Part shown: piece after piece, positions 25,961 through 39,207 of the stretch
Layout: each line of letters begins with the position of its first letter
Position numbering within the stretch: the stretch's first letter is position 1
NCBI GenBank assembly: GCA_003693705.1
Contig: RBZT01000855.1
Span: 62,001-126,000, forward strand
From: Polymyxa betae A26-41
Lineage: Eukaryota > Protista > Endomyxa: Phytomyxea
Direction: 5' to 3'
Length of the DNA stretch: 64,000 nt
Notes under the pieces: generated by a model
The model's database searches: none
What the model saw: the letters and a program-made list of their open reading frames with translations, nothing else
Told to the model about the DNA's origin: nothing
Made by a program: the position numbers and the translations under genes

Positions 25961-26456
25961 CAAGTCAGGCATTCATTCACTCCAAGATTTGAACTTGCCT
26001 TTCTCCATTCTAGTAAAATGATTCTGATTGAGCCAAACAGAAGTTCTTAGCACCCGCCTTCCCAACCAGCCAGTTTCCATCTGATGTTCGATAAGCCCCT
26101 TTATTAATAAGTTGGGGTCGCATTATAAGCCCCATCTTAAGAGCGCAATAAATTCCCGTCAGCTGTTTGGCTTTGAGAGAACGATAGTGACACTTCTTTG
26201 TGGACTGTGTAGTAAGACCCCATCACCCCATCCGGGCGAAGACGGACCCCATTGTGTGGGGAGCGACTGTAACACTGAACTGCAGAGTTTCCACTCTACT
26301 TTTACCAGTCAGTTTGAACTGCGGCTGGCAGAAGAGGGATTGCTGGGGTGCTGGGGTGCTGGGGTGTGCTTATTTTACACCCCCAACAACGCTTAGACTG
26401 ATATTATAGCGGCTTCTGTACAGCTGTGTCTCTGTCATTGTCACTATTAAGCGAAG

Positions 26457-28192
26457 ATGTCGCGAACGGCGCCGGCGGGACAGCCCCGGACTCCTAGTGC
26501 GGCCCGGGAATTGGTAAACGCGATGCCGTTCTTCCCAAGGACAGCTGCAACGGCCGTCCCGGTTGGCGGCCAGGCTCCAGGGCCCGGGTCTCGTCAAGTC
26601 GGTATCGTTAGGTTCGTGCTCAGCATTGCTGACGTTGTCGTCAGGTGACATCGTACCAGGAGACGTTTCGAAAACAAAGACGACCTCGTCGACCGCCACA
26701 GCCGCTTTTTATGAGCGAATCTATCTATAATCAGTTACAGAATAGAAATAAGCTGCTTCAGCAGAGGCTTGACGCCATTGATGAGCGATATGGTCACGAG
26801 ATTCCGATACTAATTCATCGCAACAGATTTCATTCGCTATATCCACTCGATGATCCAGATCAGACGTCAACTTCAAAAATGTTTTTTGGCTTTCCGACGT
26901 CCGTTTATAAAGCCACACGCTCAAAAACCAATGATTGTGTTTGTCTTCTGCGATTGCAAGGCTGTCTCGTAGCGAATGACGTCTCGAGTTCGACCCTGGA
27001 GCCGTGGATTCGTTTACGAGGGCATCCCAACCTAGTCGGTGTACAAGAAGTGTTTTCATGTAAAGATTTCGGTGGTGCTGGCGATCTTTGCTTTGTTTAC
27101 GACTATTATCCTGGCGCTGTCAGTCTGTTTCATCGCTATCTGCGAGACGGCATCGAGGCATCTCCGGATTTAATCTGGTCCATTATCTGCCAGCTGGTCT
27201 CCGCGCTTTCTAGCGTTCATGCTGCTGGTCTGGCCTGCCGTATTATTGATGCCAGGCGAATTTTACTGCCTACAAAAGGTACATCCCGGATACGAATCAA
27301 TTTCTGCGGTGTGAAAGACATTGTTCGATTTGGGGCATTGTCTTCTATCGAAGAATCTCAGTCTCATGATATCGTGGCCATTGGACTGATGATACTCCAT
27401 TTGATTATGAAGCAACCTTTTGATGAAGTCTCTGCCGCTTCTGCGATCGCTTTTGTCGATGGCCAATTCTCGCAAGAAATCGCCTCGGTTTTGCATCTCA
27501 TGATTCTTCATCTCGATTCTGCTGGTAAAAGGCCTACCATCTATGATGTATCGCAGACTATCCATCATCGTCTCGTTCGCGAACTTCAATATGCGTATAG
27601 CGAATCAGACAGTCTTTATGTTGACCTTGCTGCTGAAGCTCAAAACGGGAGATTGGTCCGGTTGCTGTCCAAATTGCTGTTCATCAATGAACGTCCCGAA
27701 TTCGACAATGATCCTCAATGTTGTAACGATTGGCTCGTTGCCGCTGGGATGTTAAACTTGGCTAGGGTCCGAACATGGTGATCGGTATCCTATCAAACTG
27801 TTCCGTGATCTCGTCTTCCATCAGGTCAGTGAACTCCAAATCGCTATGAGTGTCGAAGTTTTCCAGGCGATCTGTGTTTTTAGGTCGATAGCAACGGAAA
27901 TCCCGTTATCAATTTAGCCCAGGTCATTCACTGGTTGAACAAACTCGATGCTGGCGTCCCTGAAAAGATGATGCTGTCAAGTCGAGATCTGTCCTCTCTG
28001 GTGGTTTTGGGATATGACGATCTCAAGCGATTTATAGACACCGCATTCACTGAATTGCTGACAAAGAAGAAGCTGCCAGATCTTACTCGAACAGGATCGG
28101 CAACATTCAATCATCGAGCAGCATCGTCATCTACTGACTCCCCAGCGATGACCAGGCTGAACGTTAATGCTCCAGATTTCATTCTAAATTAA
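26457..28192 (+). CDS. PAN3: PAN2-PAN3 deadenylase subunit PAN3 (pseudokinase, multi-exon)
   Basis: 'FVYDYYPGA', 'IWSIICQLVSALSSVHAAGLACR', 'NGRLVRLLSKLLFINERPE', '[22 protein letters not shown]', 'LNKLDAG'. Confidence 0.95.
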
Positions 28193-28217
28193 AACTACGT
28201 AATCAGCATCGAATTGC

Positions 28218-29116
28218 TCACTTTTTATGTCTACGTCTTTGATTGAAGTGCTGCCGTTCACGAACCTTAGCGACCGAATAGAAATCGCCGTCAATGACAG
28301 ATTCCAGCACACGCCATTTGATCTTTCGTTCATGGTCTGCCCAGACCAGATCCTGCTGTTCATACGCTTTCCTTTTATCCTTATCTTTGTTAACTTGGTT
28401 TAGATATCTTGAAGCCCAACCTCGAGATGTTGCCCAATCCACCATTTCGAACGCCCGCTGCTCTTTATTGTACCTCTTCAGTTCTGATACAATCTCATCA
28501 TAGTTCAAGGGGGGAGCTGCCTTACACACACAATCAGTTAAGTGCAACCAATGAGATTATACAGAAATGACATACTGAATTGCCCAATGGGATTTCAAGT
28601 AATTCCAATGTCTGTTTCAGTTCGTTTAGACTGAGACATTTATCGGTGCAGATCGTGACCATTTTCTTGTCGGATTTCTTTTCGCGAGCTGTAGAGGGCG
28701 GTCCCTTGGCGGTTCTATCCACTTTAATGGACATCTGACCTCGGGCGTTATTGCTCCTATATTTCATCGCCGCTAGTCGCCGCTGAACGTCCGCCAACGT
28801 CAGCTGATTGGACCGCGGGCCTTTGGAAGTCGTGGGCGCAGAGGAAGCAACCGATTCTGGACGAAGATGATTAGCAGGGAATCTGGGCGCTTGTCGATCT
28901 AACAGGCGTCCATCTCAGCGAAGGATATGTGATTGGGAGGTATGATGAACCTATAGTATGAGGTGATGTGTGAATATGACATGTTCCTGGTCTGGTACGA
29001 TTCCAATCAACATTGTTAAATATACATTGTGGACATGATCGGATGGGACGCCACGATCCCTGACGTAATTCCTCCACGATATCCTCGCATATGTGATCGC
29101 TGTAATACTCGGACAT
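28218..29116 (-). CDS. Hypothetical basic protein (multi-exon, 5' end uncertain)
   Basis: Consecutive minus-strand ORFs 28534..28797 and 28218..28547 can be joined by a short intron. No domain recognised. Confidence 0.45.
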
Positions 29117-29191
29117 GCTGGACCACGAGCGAAATCACGACGACGGATCGCAACGAAAAGATCATGCAACGGTACTGCTGATTTCAAGTCC

Positions 29192-30530
29192 ATGTCCGTC
29201 CAGCAATCGTCGTTTGCGACGCCGACGATGGACGTACTGGCCCAGCAGGCAGAATTGGAACCGATCGAGCAGGAGGCGGCGTCCGGCTTCGATATGCTGG
29301 AGCCGTTATTCACGAACCTGGATGCCACTAGCGCTTTCCGACCTGGGATCGTTCACGACGACTCCGAGCTCAGCGACAGTTCCTCGGAATCGGGACCTGC
29401 ACATGACGCCCATAACGTCGAGCACCGCCCGCTCAACACTACATCGGTATCTGTGGCCCAGCAGAAACTCCACATCGACTTGGCCAAATTCGCATCCAGC
29501 TCGGATATCGCGGAAGCTGTGTCCCGGTATCGGCGCTGCCGAGCCGACATCGTCAGGTTCGTCGCCGCCCCGGGCCAGTAGGTCACCGAAGCTCTCAGAC
29601 TGACAAACCTGGATGCGGTTCAGGCAGGTGCTGGCCGTGAGCGTGGTCCTCGTTGAGCAATGGCACAAGTTAACGCAGGAGGGCACCTCGCCATTCCGTT
29701 TGGGCCTGATTGGGGCCGGGACCATCGGCCGAGCCCTGCTTCGTGGCCTGATCGATTCAGGTCCGTCCGGGGGGTCAGCACGACCTCCACCCGACTCAGA
29801 TCTAACAGCGAGCCATATAGGACTCCGATCGGGTCAGATCCTGGTCTCGACTCGGCGTCCGGAAACGGTAGGAGCGGCAGTCCCGGCGTGCACCGATAAC
29901 GGGCGAGTACGTCGTTGAAACAGGGCCGGCAGCAAACCCTAAACCCTAGCGTGCAGGTATTCGATCAATGTGACCTGGTCCTGGTCTGCGTCCTTCCCAA
30001 CCAGCTGGGTGCGGTCGCCGCCGACTACCGGGCCTGTACGGCGCCGCGTGCTCTGCTGGCTGTATTGTCATCATCGGTGCCGCTCGGTAAACTGCAGTCC
30101 ATGTTCGGACGTGAGACGATTCTGCATCTGGCCGCGGTCTTGCCGGTTTTATTTCTCATCCCCGTTTTGTTCTGTTTTGCAGTTGGGAATATATTGCTGA
30201 CGATTGAGTGCTGTTTATGTACAGGTGAATAAGAAGGCGAACTATTATGAAGACCTTGCAGCAAATATACAAACACAACTGATTCAAAGATCTGCAGACC
30301 GATTAAACGACTCAATTATCAAGTATTTATCACATTGTCATTGCTGCTGATCTCAATGTTGGTTGTAGACGTACTGCCGATATTCATGACCGTATATTGA
30401 TTCGAATCCGAGGCCTAGGAGATTGATTTTTTAAAGGTGATCAATTGGACCTGGAATTTTGTCTCAGGAGTTTATAAACGGGAGATCCGTTTAATATCTA
30501 TCCTCCGCCAGGTTTAACACATAATAAATG
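29192..30530 (+). CDS. NOXRED1: NADP-dependent oxidoreductase domain protein (P5CR-like Rossmann fold), NOXRED1-like (multi-exon, 3' end approximate)
   Basis: 'RLGLIGAGTIGRALL...QILVSTRRPET...DNGRV|FDQCDLVLVCVLPNQL' follows the NOXRED1 pattern (GIIGxG...ISTRRPE...DVIFLCCLPSQL). Confidence 0.7.
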
Positions 30531-30765
30531 AAGTCATATCTGAAAGCTTGGCTTTCATAATCTGCCAGATGAGTTCGGTTGAGGTTGTTCTGCTGCAAAA
30601 AATTTCGTTCAGTCCAACAATTGTAACTTCAATGAATCGGCGTGGTATCGTTTGAAATAAAAATCAGCAAGAAGCTCAACATAACTCGAATTTTCGTAAT
30701 GACGACGACAATTTGATTATAGGAAGATTAATGGCACAAACAGAAACTCAGAAGAGGGTAATGAG

Positions 30766-31453
30766 ATGGGGCGATGGGGCAGCCCCCTGCGGTGTCATTC
30801 CATCCATCATATGGCGCCACCCATCATTCAGGCCCGACGTCAGCTACTGCAGAACATCAAGACCATTCGAAAGACATACTATGAGGAATGGCGACAGGCA
30901 GAACAGGTTCGCCAACAGGCCCGCGAGGCGGTCCTGGCTCGCCAGAGCCAGCAGCGCGTCGCTCGCATTCAGAAACGCACTGCTGAGCATCAGGCGTGGT
31001 TGAAGGAGTTCGAACATCGCGAAGCCGAACGTAAACGAGTCAAAGCACAGATCGCTGCTGATACATGGAAGCGAACCGCTGCTAATGTATTCGCTCTCGA
31101 TCCAGTTAAAAAGGCGATGCTAACTGAGTGTGTTTTAGAATGAAATTCGGAGATCGGTGCGGGCGAAGACCATTGTAGCCCCATTGAAAGAATCACTTGC
31201 CCATCTGATCGATTCAACGAATTTGGCACAACGCATCACACCTCAGCTGGTTCTACAGCGTAGCAAACTTCGTGGTCTTCCTGATATCGATATCTGCCAC
31301 CAGGATGAACTTCTAATGAAATACCTCTGCGATCCTCTGGATCCCCATCTGGTCCATTTCCAGAAAGAATACCTGCCTGCCAGTACCGGCATGTTTTCAC
31401 AATTATCAAGAGATTTCGTGAAATCCAATAATTCTTCTGCCGCTGCTAAATAG
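30766..31453 (+). CDS. Helical charged protein, possibly mitoribosomal mS26-like (one intron)
   Basis: Long R/E/Q-rich helix followed by 'ESLAHLIDSTNLAQRI', resembling the mS26 'FITxENLxxRI' motif. Resemblance judged by eye only. Confidence 0.4.
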
Positions 31454-31602
31454 AAGTACAGTTATTCGCCAACTTTACATCAATAATGACTGTCTACACA
31501 TAAAGCTGAGAATATGCTGAGAAATCAGGGATTGTCCTCGTAGCATCATGACAACGACATTGTTGAAATTGTTCATTGGCGGGCATATAACATTCGGTAT
31601 TG

Positions 31603-32795
31603 CTATAGAGAATGATCGGAGTCCCAATCTTGATTGCAGACAGCTGCATTCTTTCGAAGTTTCAGCGCATGCAGAGATTCTCGTTCGAACGCGGTGATGG
31701 CTTCATCGCAATCGCCTTTGATTCGCAGCGCCTGAGCGCGATCTCTAATAGCCAGCTCGAAGTTGCCCAACTGCTCGAAACAGAACGCCCTTTCCATTAA
31801 GACACTGCAATCGTCCGGATTTAGTCGATAGGATTTGGTCAGATCGGTGATGGCATCGTCCCAGAGCTCTAACGAGATATTCGCCTTGGCTCGCATCAGA
31901 TAGGCGTCAATGCCACCGCCTCGCTCGACGGCTTCATTCGCATCTATCAACGACTCGGTTGGGCGATCATCAGCTAGCAAGACTTGGGCGCGAGCCAGGA
32001 ACGGCTCCGGGCAGCCCATTGGCGGCACCGCCGAGATCGCCTGGCCGCACGATCGGGATGCTCGTTGATGGCGACCAAACGCCGAGTGCACCACGCCTAG
32101 CTGGGCCAGCGCTAACGGGTTGCCGGGCTCCAGCTCGACGGCGGCATTGGCGTCATCGAGCGCCTCTTTAAGCTTCTTGACGTTTAAATAGACAGCAGAT
32201 CGCTTTAAACGGGCGTCTACAGATCTGGGGCGCAGCCCGAGAGCATCAGTGAGATCTCTCACAGCCTTGTCGAAATCGCTTCTGGCTTTATGAACAGAGG
32301 CCCTCCCCAACAGGACCCGAACTTTGAGATCTTCGTCGCAGTTCGCCACGGTCAGACATCTTCACACGGAAACAGTCAGCAACGAGAGCAAAACACGTAA
32401 AAGGATCCGAACTCGGTGAAATCGGCAACGGCATCGTCGATGTTTCGGATTTTGAGAAAGGCTTCAGCTCGAGAAAGGCGTGCCTGAGCGAATTTGGGGT
32501 CCAGCGTTATCGCCCTGGAAAACCAGCTGATGGCTGTATCGTACAAGGCCACATTCGGGTCCATACAAGCTCGACCATTACGATATGCAGCTCGGGCATC
32601 GACATTGGCAGTGCCGAAAAGATCGACCGAAGCTGACCCTTCCAACCCCAGCGAAGGCATCAATGTTTGCAGCCCCAGACGAAAGCGACGGCGGGCTTCG
32701 GCCAAGCCATATGCAAGCTGGTTGCTGCAGCTCGAAATCCCTTGAACCCGCTCAGCCATGCGCCGGCCATAATTAGGGCGACCTGGCGACGACAT
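31603..32795 (-). CDS. Tetratricopeptide-repeat (TPR) protein (2 exons)
   Basis: Repeated TPR units: 'AISWFSRAITLDPKFAQARLSRA', 'ALDDANAAVELEPGNPLALAQLG', 'AITDLTKSYRLNPDD'. Confidence 0.88.
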
Positions 32796-33761
32796 GATGA
32801 TTCATGAGAAAGTCGAAATTTTTTTGGGATTTTTTGGGTGGCGCAAACCATCGGCCACCCAAGATATGGCCCCAATGAACCTTCGGACTACATCACTATA
32901 ATTTCGTTGAAGTTTTGACACGAAACAAAACAGCATTCAATCGGCCGTACCGATCTGATTCACTTTCCGCAGAGCGTCTCCGAAAACAGTTAATTCTGAT
33001 AAAATAAAGAATGGTTTTCGCTACATTTTACTTTGAAATATGTTGAGCTGATGACAGATTCAGCAGCACAGCATGGCGTCGAACTTTACATGGATTGTGA
33101 TATGCAGGATGAGCTGCAAGAACATTCAACTAAGGGGCATACTGCCCTAGATCGAGGTCGTTCCATTTCAAGTCTTCGTCGCCTGATTCTGGCTTGCTAA
33201 GATCCAACCCTGCTGTAGTCTTATTCAGCAACCGTTCAGAACATTGTCAACACTATTTACGATGGTCATCACTAGGGATCGGATCAGAATCCAGACCAGG
33301 CGGCAGTTCAATTTCTACTCCGGATTTCAATCCCAAAACTCAACTATACCAGCAGCATGTGCCTACCGTCGTCAGACAGGACTTCGGTCATCCATTTCTG
33401 ATCAACTAGATCAAGAAGGATGTTTGGACGATGGACGCTCATAGAGAAGACGGCATCCATGATTGGAATTAAGACAAAGAGAGGATGTAACGCAAGAGGA
33501 CATGAAGATGCGCTACCCCCTTCTGTGTTAACGTTCGTTGTCTTTATTGGCATTTGTAAGATCGTCGTCTCTTCCACAGAATATACAGACCCGACGCTTA
33601 GAATAAGATTCTAATTCAGCATTCGTCGCGAGAGCTGCAGGGACCTTATTGGGCAATCAGGCGATTGGGCGTCGAGATTCCTTAAAGTAGAATCGTTGGC
33701 ATATGATAGAAATGATCATATTGACTGAGCTACAGTTGTTTACAACTATCTATCCTTCAAG

Positions 33762-34062
33762 ATGATTCCCATTGAAGATATGACCCCGTATAACCCCCCT
33801 GTATCTCCATCGTTTTTCATGCCGCTTTTCATTCTTCTGTTGGGTATCGGAATCTCACATCTAGCCTGGTTTTTCGTGTATGTTTACAGAAAATTCGTGT
33901 GGAGACGTTTTTTGTGATATTTACAATGCATGCAGATATGAGACAACTGTTAAGAAGAGCAAGCGATCATTTCTAAAAGAGCTACGTCTGGCGATCGTTT
34001 CGTCCACTAGCTTGAGTCTGGGAACACTCTTCCTGTTCCTCTATTTCGGTGTTTGGCTGTAG
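33762..34062 (+). CDS. TMEM258: Oligosaccharyltransferase subunit TMEM258/OST5 (intron 33878-33935)
   Basis: Spliced 'MIPIEDMTPYNPPVSPSFFMPLFILLLGIGISHLAWFFV|YETT...FLKELRLAIVSSTSLSLGTLFLFLYFGVWL'. Exon 1 is absent from the ORF track. Confidence 0.88.
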
Positions 34063-34091
34063 CTTTAAAATAAACAAGATAATCTCAACGA

Positions 34092-35047
34092 CTACGACAA
34101 GTTCAGCTTTATATACTGTGCGAATGAGGTCGCCGGATCTTTCTCAGGATGAGCTTTCATTTGAGCCAGGAAACTCCTTCTCAGGCGATTCAGTTCCAGC
34201 ATGGTCACCGAACGACCAAGCGCAATCTGAACAGTCGTATGAGGCAGAGTTAAGGATGTCCCTCCAGCAATCTGAGACTGCTTCGAGACGATTTCGTTGA
34301 CTATATCGCGAGTCATGGCATCCATATTGATCAAAAACTGAGAATCGGCAATTCGATTGTTATCAGTACACATTGTCGAGGCCATGGTTCTGTTTGAATA
34401 TAACGCCTTCTCAATGGCATCGAATGGGATCAACGCCGATTCCGGAATTGTGAATAATGGACGATCCCAACGAACAGAACCATTCGGCACTTCTAATCGA
34501 GACACCAGATCATCGAAGACAGCAGCAGGGTACCTTTGATTTTCAGGCTTTGCCGTTTCCTGAATCATGATTATTAAAACAAATCGCGTAAACAAAAAAA
34601 ATGACGCTGAAAGCATGACAAATGCAGAAAAAAGAAACCAAATAAACGAACCCAATCACGACATCGTTCAATTGGAATATCACAAAAGACAGTGCATTGA
34701 TGGGTCTTCAATGCTCGAGCTATGCAGTGGAGCTCATATCGGAATCCCTTGATCGTGTTCAAGCTATCAACAATGACGACAGTGTCTGTAGTCAAGAGAC
34801 GCTCAACAAGCGATTTTATCGACCCGCGTCCAATCTTTTCCGTTGGGAGCGTTGCATAGGCGTTTCGTTCAACCAAAGCGCGCTCGTCATTGGCGATCTC
34901 CACATTTCGACCACGAGCTCGCAGGTATTCGGCGATCTTCTGCGAAACCGTGCTGCAGCACCATAAGCGATGAATTGCAAAGCAAACTGTAATAAGAAAT
35001 CACCTTTTACCCGATGATGGATGACCCACAACAACCACGAGAGGCAT
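34092..35047 (-). CDS. KTI12: Elongator-associated ATPase KTI12 (multi-exon)
   Basis: 'MPLVVVVGHPSSGK', 'VIVDSLNTIKGFRYELHCIAR', 'FDDLVSRLEVPNGSVRWDRPLF', 'LELNRLRRSFL'. Confidence 0.92.
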
Positions 35048-35212
35048 CGTCAATCGAAACTCAAGCCTATACTGCAGTGGCTTTCCAACAGCAGGAAGTA
35101 AGAATCATTTCAAAGAAGTCCGTCAAGTTTTCCTTTTTTGTTAGAAAGTCCGTGAGCAGAAATCCATCTTTGAACTTTCCTGGTTTTTTTATCAACATTT
35201 CAGACATTTAAC

Positions 35213-36345
35213 ATGCCGGCGCCGTTTCAGTTTGCTGGCGGCCCTTCTCCATCAGAATTAACCTATCGGCATCTATCCAGTATCAAGCAGCGTCTTTGTT
35301 TGGCGTTCAATCACGAGATCGAACTGACAATTCCATTGGATTCCGTACCGGATAATTTACCCAGCGCCGAGCTAATCGGCTATACGGTTCGTGTACCGCT
35401 GGCATCATTATTAAGCCCGGAATTCTTGCAGAAATATATACAGAATGGTGAATTCTCTGCGCTTTCATTCGACAGCATGATCGACCATTGTAATACTGTC
35501 GCTTTCCTGCCCAATGGCTCGTTGATGCTGACGGTTGATTGCGATACGTATCAGTCGCTGGGCTTGATTGGACGTCCATCCCGATTCAAATCGTTAAAAT
35601 CCGTCAGATATGATATTGTTGTCGATCTTCGATCTCCGTCATTTCGCCCTGATTCAGCCCAGTATAAGCGTCTATTGTGGTGCTTACAGGACCGCACTGA
35701 GCCCTGTTTGCTTATTGCTACTTATACTCGTGATGGCCGTCCAGAACCCATTGAATTTCCATCTGATGCTGTTTATGAGAGGATCGAGTTTTCAGCGTTT
35801 TCGTCACATATTGGTCCCATTCCGACCCCAGTGTTTCTTATCCAGGAATTTAATACCAGCTTGTCGAATGAAGCGAAACTTGAGCTATTTCATTGGTTCG
35901 GGGCTTTAAGCTGCTCTTGTTTAACTTTCCTTCAGAATTGCGGTCAAAAATCCGATTTTTATGCGTCCAAGTTTGCTTGTGATCAACTGGCATTCAGTAC
36001 AGAATCAAGCAGCTGTGTCAGTCATCGATTGACAGGCCTGATATCTGAGTCTGTCGTTGAAGAATGGGTATCTTATGCTGAAAGCTTAGTTAGATCAAAA
36101 GCCTGCAAATGGGCTGCCATTACGGTATGGCACTTTTGGGTTTTAATGGTCTTTCAGCTAAACCATGGAATCAGATATTTGGGTTCTCAGATGCACCAGT
36201 GTCTTGGGCAACAAGAAATGGCGACCCAGGTTTCTCATCGCATCATTATGAATACGCAGGCGATAACCATTACGTTTTGGTCATTTTACCTGACCTTTCT
36301 TGCGTTCAGTTTTTGGCTGCAGGAGAACTTGATAATGCTCATTGA
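35213..36345 (+). CDS. RPP40: Ribonuclease P/MRP subunit p40 (one intron ~36125-36174)
   Basis: 'FLPNGSLMLTVDCDTYQSLGLIG' and spliced 'WAAIT|IFGFSDAPVSW...GDNHYVLV'. Confidence 0.85.
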
Positions 36346-36376
36346 CATTGTACAAATAATATATATTGAATATTGG

Positions 36377-39207
36377 TCAAGAATCCCAGAAAGTCTTGAC
36401 CGGATTATCGCAATCGTCGCAATACATATCGAGAGTGTTCTGCAAATCGCGTAATGAAAATGGCTGCATCAACTCAGTTCAATCTTCGTCTTGACAAATA
36501 CATAAGGGATTTACCTTTAATAAGAAATATACCATCCGACATGAATCCAATTCTGCCTGGATAGTCGCCCTTGGAGTTCCAGAAGTCAATATTATTGGTA
36601 ACATTTTGGAACCGGGTCGTTCCTGTTCGTATCTTCGAACATTTTGAATCAACTGTATACCGTTGGTTTCGGGCATCTGCCAACCAGGATGAAACCTTTG
36701 GTCTCAAGAAATATTTTGACTAACCAGATAATCAGTCATTATGACGTCTAATGGATATTTATCTGTTGTGGTTTCCAATTGACCAGGATAATCAGCCGAT
36801 GTGTGATCTCGAATCAAAATTTGTATTGCTGATTGGCCGCTGGTACAGACGGTAACGTGATGTCCCAGCTGTTCTATCATTCTTCCAATGACTTTTAGGC
36901 TAACAGGATTATCTATATAACAGGTGATTATAAAAAAAAATCAATTTGCAATCGTTACCATCAACTAGCAGAACGTGCAAAGGCCTCGCTTTCTGAAAGT
37001 CAACAGCCGCACTAATATCAGATATGGCGTTGATTTCTGAACTCGGTTTGTTTGCCGATAAAGCTGACAGAACAATTGATTGAATCTGTTCAGCAACAAT
37101 GGGCTTGGAGTAATAAACCGTATATGGAGAAGAAACCGTCAACATAATATCTTGGTCTTTCAAAGCAACAACAGGCAAACTCCCATATACTACGTCTAGA
37201 TTTCGAATGACCTCTAAACGCGTAGGTCCAGGAATGGATTCAGAACTGGCGCCGATGGTCCCAACATCGACCATGATCAATTTGGGAATCTGGTGTTGGC
37301 TGGATAAAAAGTTGATCATTGCTGAGAACGAAGTGAAACATTGAACTTCGTAACCGATTTGACGAATAGCATTCTCCAGCAACGATAAAGCGGTTGGTAC
37401 ATCATCAAAGATAACCACAGTTCCGGATACAAGAAGCAGATTGTGGTTCATTTCATGATACGACGAATGTTCTCCCACTTCCACATTCACATTAAATGTG
37501 GTACCTTTACCAGGTCCATCTGAATACACAGATATATCACCATTCATTGCACGAGCTAAATTCCGCGAAATCTGCCAAAGGAAGTCAAACGCACTAAGAT
37601 TCCAATAAACGATATAACGCACAGCAAGACCCAAACCAGTTCCTCCCTAAAAAAGGTCATTATGTTGTTATACAAACCATTGCGACTTACGAAAATTCTA
37701 GTTGTGGATAAAGATGCTTGATGAAACGCTTGAAATAAAGTAGGAATGCAATCCCGAGATAAGCCTGCGACTTAATCGGTTACTAGTCAGAGAAAATGCA
37801 ACTGCCTACCAATTCCAGTATCTTTGATAGAGATAACCAACTTCAGTTTTGATCGATCTGATAAATCCATCTCACTTTCCACTTTCACCAAAATCTCATT
37901 TGTCTTCTCTCTCGGCACGGAGAACTATAGAGATAGATTTCGATATCTATTTAGGTAACCAAACTCTGTACGAACCTTGATAGAGTTACTCATTAAGTTT
38001 TGGAGAATTTGGTACAATCTCATCTAAAGCTGCTAAGTGCTAAAAAGCCCAGGATTGATCCTTCATACCTGATCCCCAATGACTATGTTAGGGACTCGCT
38101 CAGAAGTCACTGCCATCAACTGCAATCATGCTGAACAAACAACTCGACGACATTATAGCAGAAGCCATCGTACTTCAATCTGTTTGGAATGTGCTTGAAT
38201 GGCACTCATGTTGAGTAATCTCTTCACAAGCTCTCTAATGTCGAATGGGCACGGCTCAAGCTTGACCATTCCCTTTCCTATTTTCTCGTAATCCAAGACG
38301 TTGTTGACTACAGCAAACATTACGACAAAGCCAGAATTACGATAATGTTCAAACCTAACTGAACGGTTCCCATTGTTGCCGAGCGTAGAGTGTCAATCAG
38401 TGCTTTAACTTCAAAATCCTTATTCAGAGAATCTAGCAAATCGACTAGGCCCAAAATTTGCAGCACAGGTGTCCTAAGTTCATGTGTGGCATTCGCTATG
38501 AAAGTGACGTGATCTTCCAGCAACTTCTTCGCTCGTTCATTCGCGGTTTGCATGACGTCGTTCGCTTTCTTATGGCTTTGAGCGAAACGCACAGAAATTT
38601 CGATAATGAACAGGTTCAAGATGACACAGAGAAAAGCATTAAACATCAGAAGGTCGAAAGATGCAGTTCCATGAAATATCGCACGAGGCCAAGGGTGACC
38701 TAATTCTTGTAGTGCAACAGCAAATTGCTGTGTTGCAATTCCGGCAGCGCCAAAAAAGATACAGGACGATTTAGAGCCAGTCATAGCAATTGCCATCAAA
38801 GGCAAGACAAACTGAAAGCAGAATCCAGCACTGAATATACCGCATTCAAGCATTGCATAGGTTGAGACGACATAGACAAAGACAACAATCGCATTGCCAG
38901 CTATCATCACACGCTTTCGGATAGATAAGGCCAATTTTGAGTCGGCCAGGAAGTATCGAGTCTTCCGAAAGAAAACCAACAGCATAATATTTGTAAGTAA
39001 ATAGACGGCAGCGACAGAAGCATAAGAATCAAACATAGGCAGGAAGCTCATTGCAGCTACTGAGATAAATCCAATGTAGAGTAATGCGAATAATATTTCA
39101 ACGATCTGAGTTGCATGTAAGAACGACCGCAAGTCTTCCGATTCTAATTTTGGGTCGACAAAACTCGCCGTCGTCAAAAAGGACATGGCGAGTGCAAAGC
39201 ACGACAT
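36377..39207 (-). CDS. Membrane hybrid histidine kinase (multi-TM sensor + HisKA + HATPase + 2 receiver domains, multi-exon)
   Basis: H-box 'ANATHELRTP', N-box 'QILQNLMSNSIK', G-boxes 'IKDTGIG', 'GTGLGL', 'GPGKGTTF'. Receivers 'VVIFDD...LIMVDV...SKP' and 'VLLVD...VIMTDYL|MP'. Confidence 0.9.

Noticed and set aside
26090-26400. Helitron or MITE end upstream of PAN3
   Set aside because: A hairpin is present, but there is no canonical CTRR terminus, no terminal inverted repeats and no target-site duplication.
33060-33620. Short overlapping ORFs between the TPR gene and TMEM258
   Set aside because: No coherent spliced model or recognisable motif could be built.
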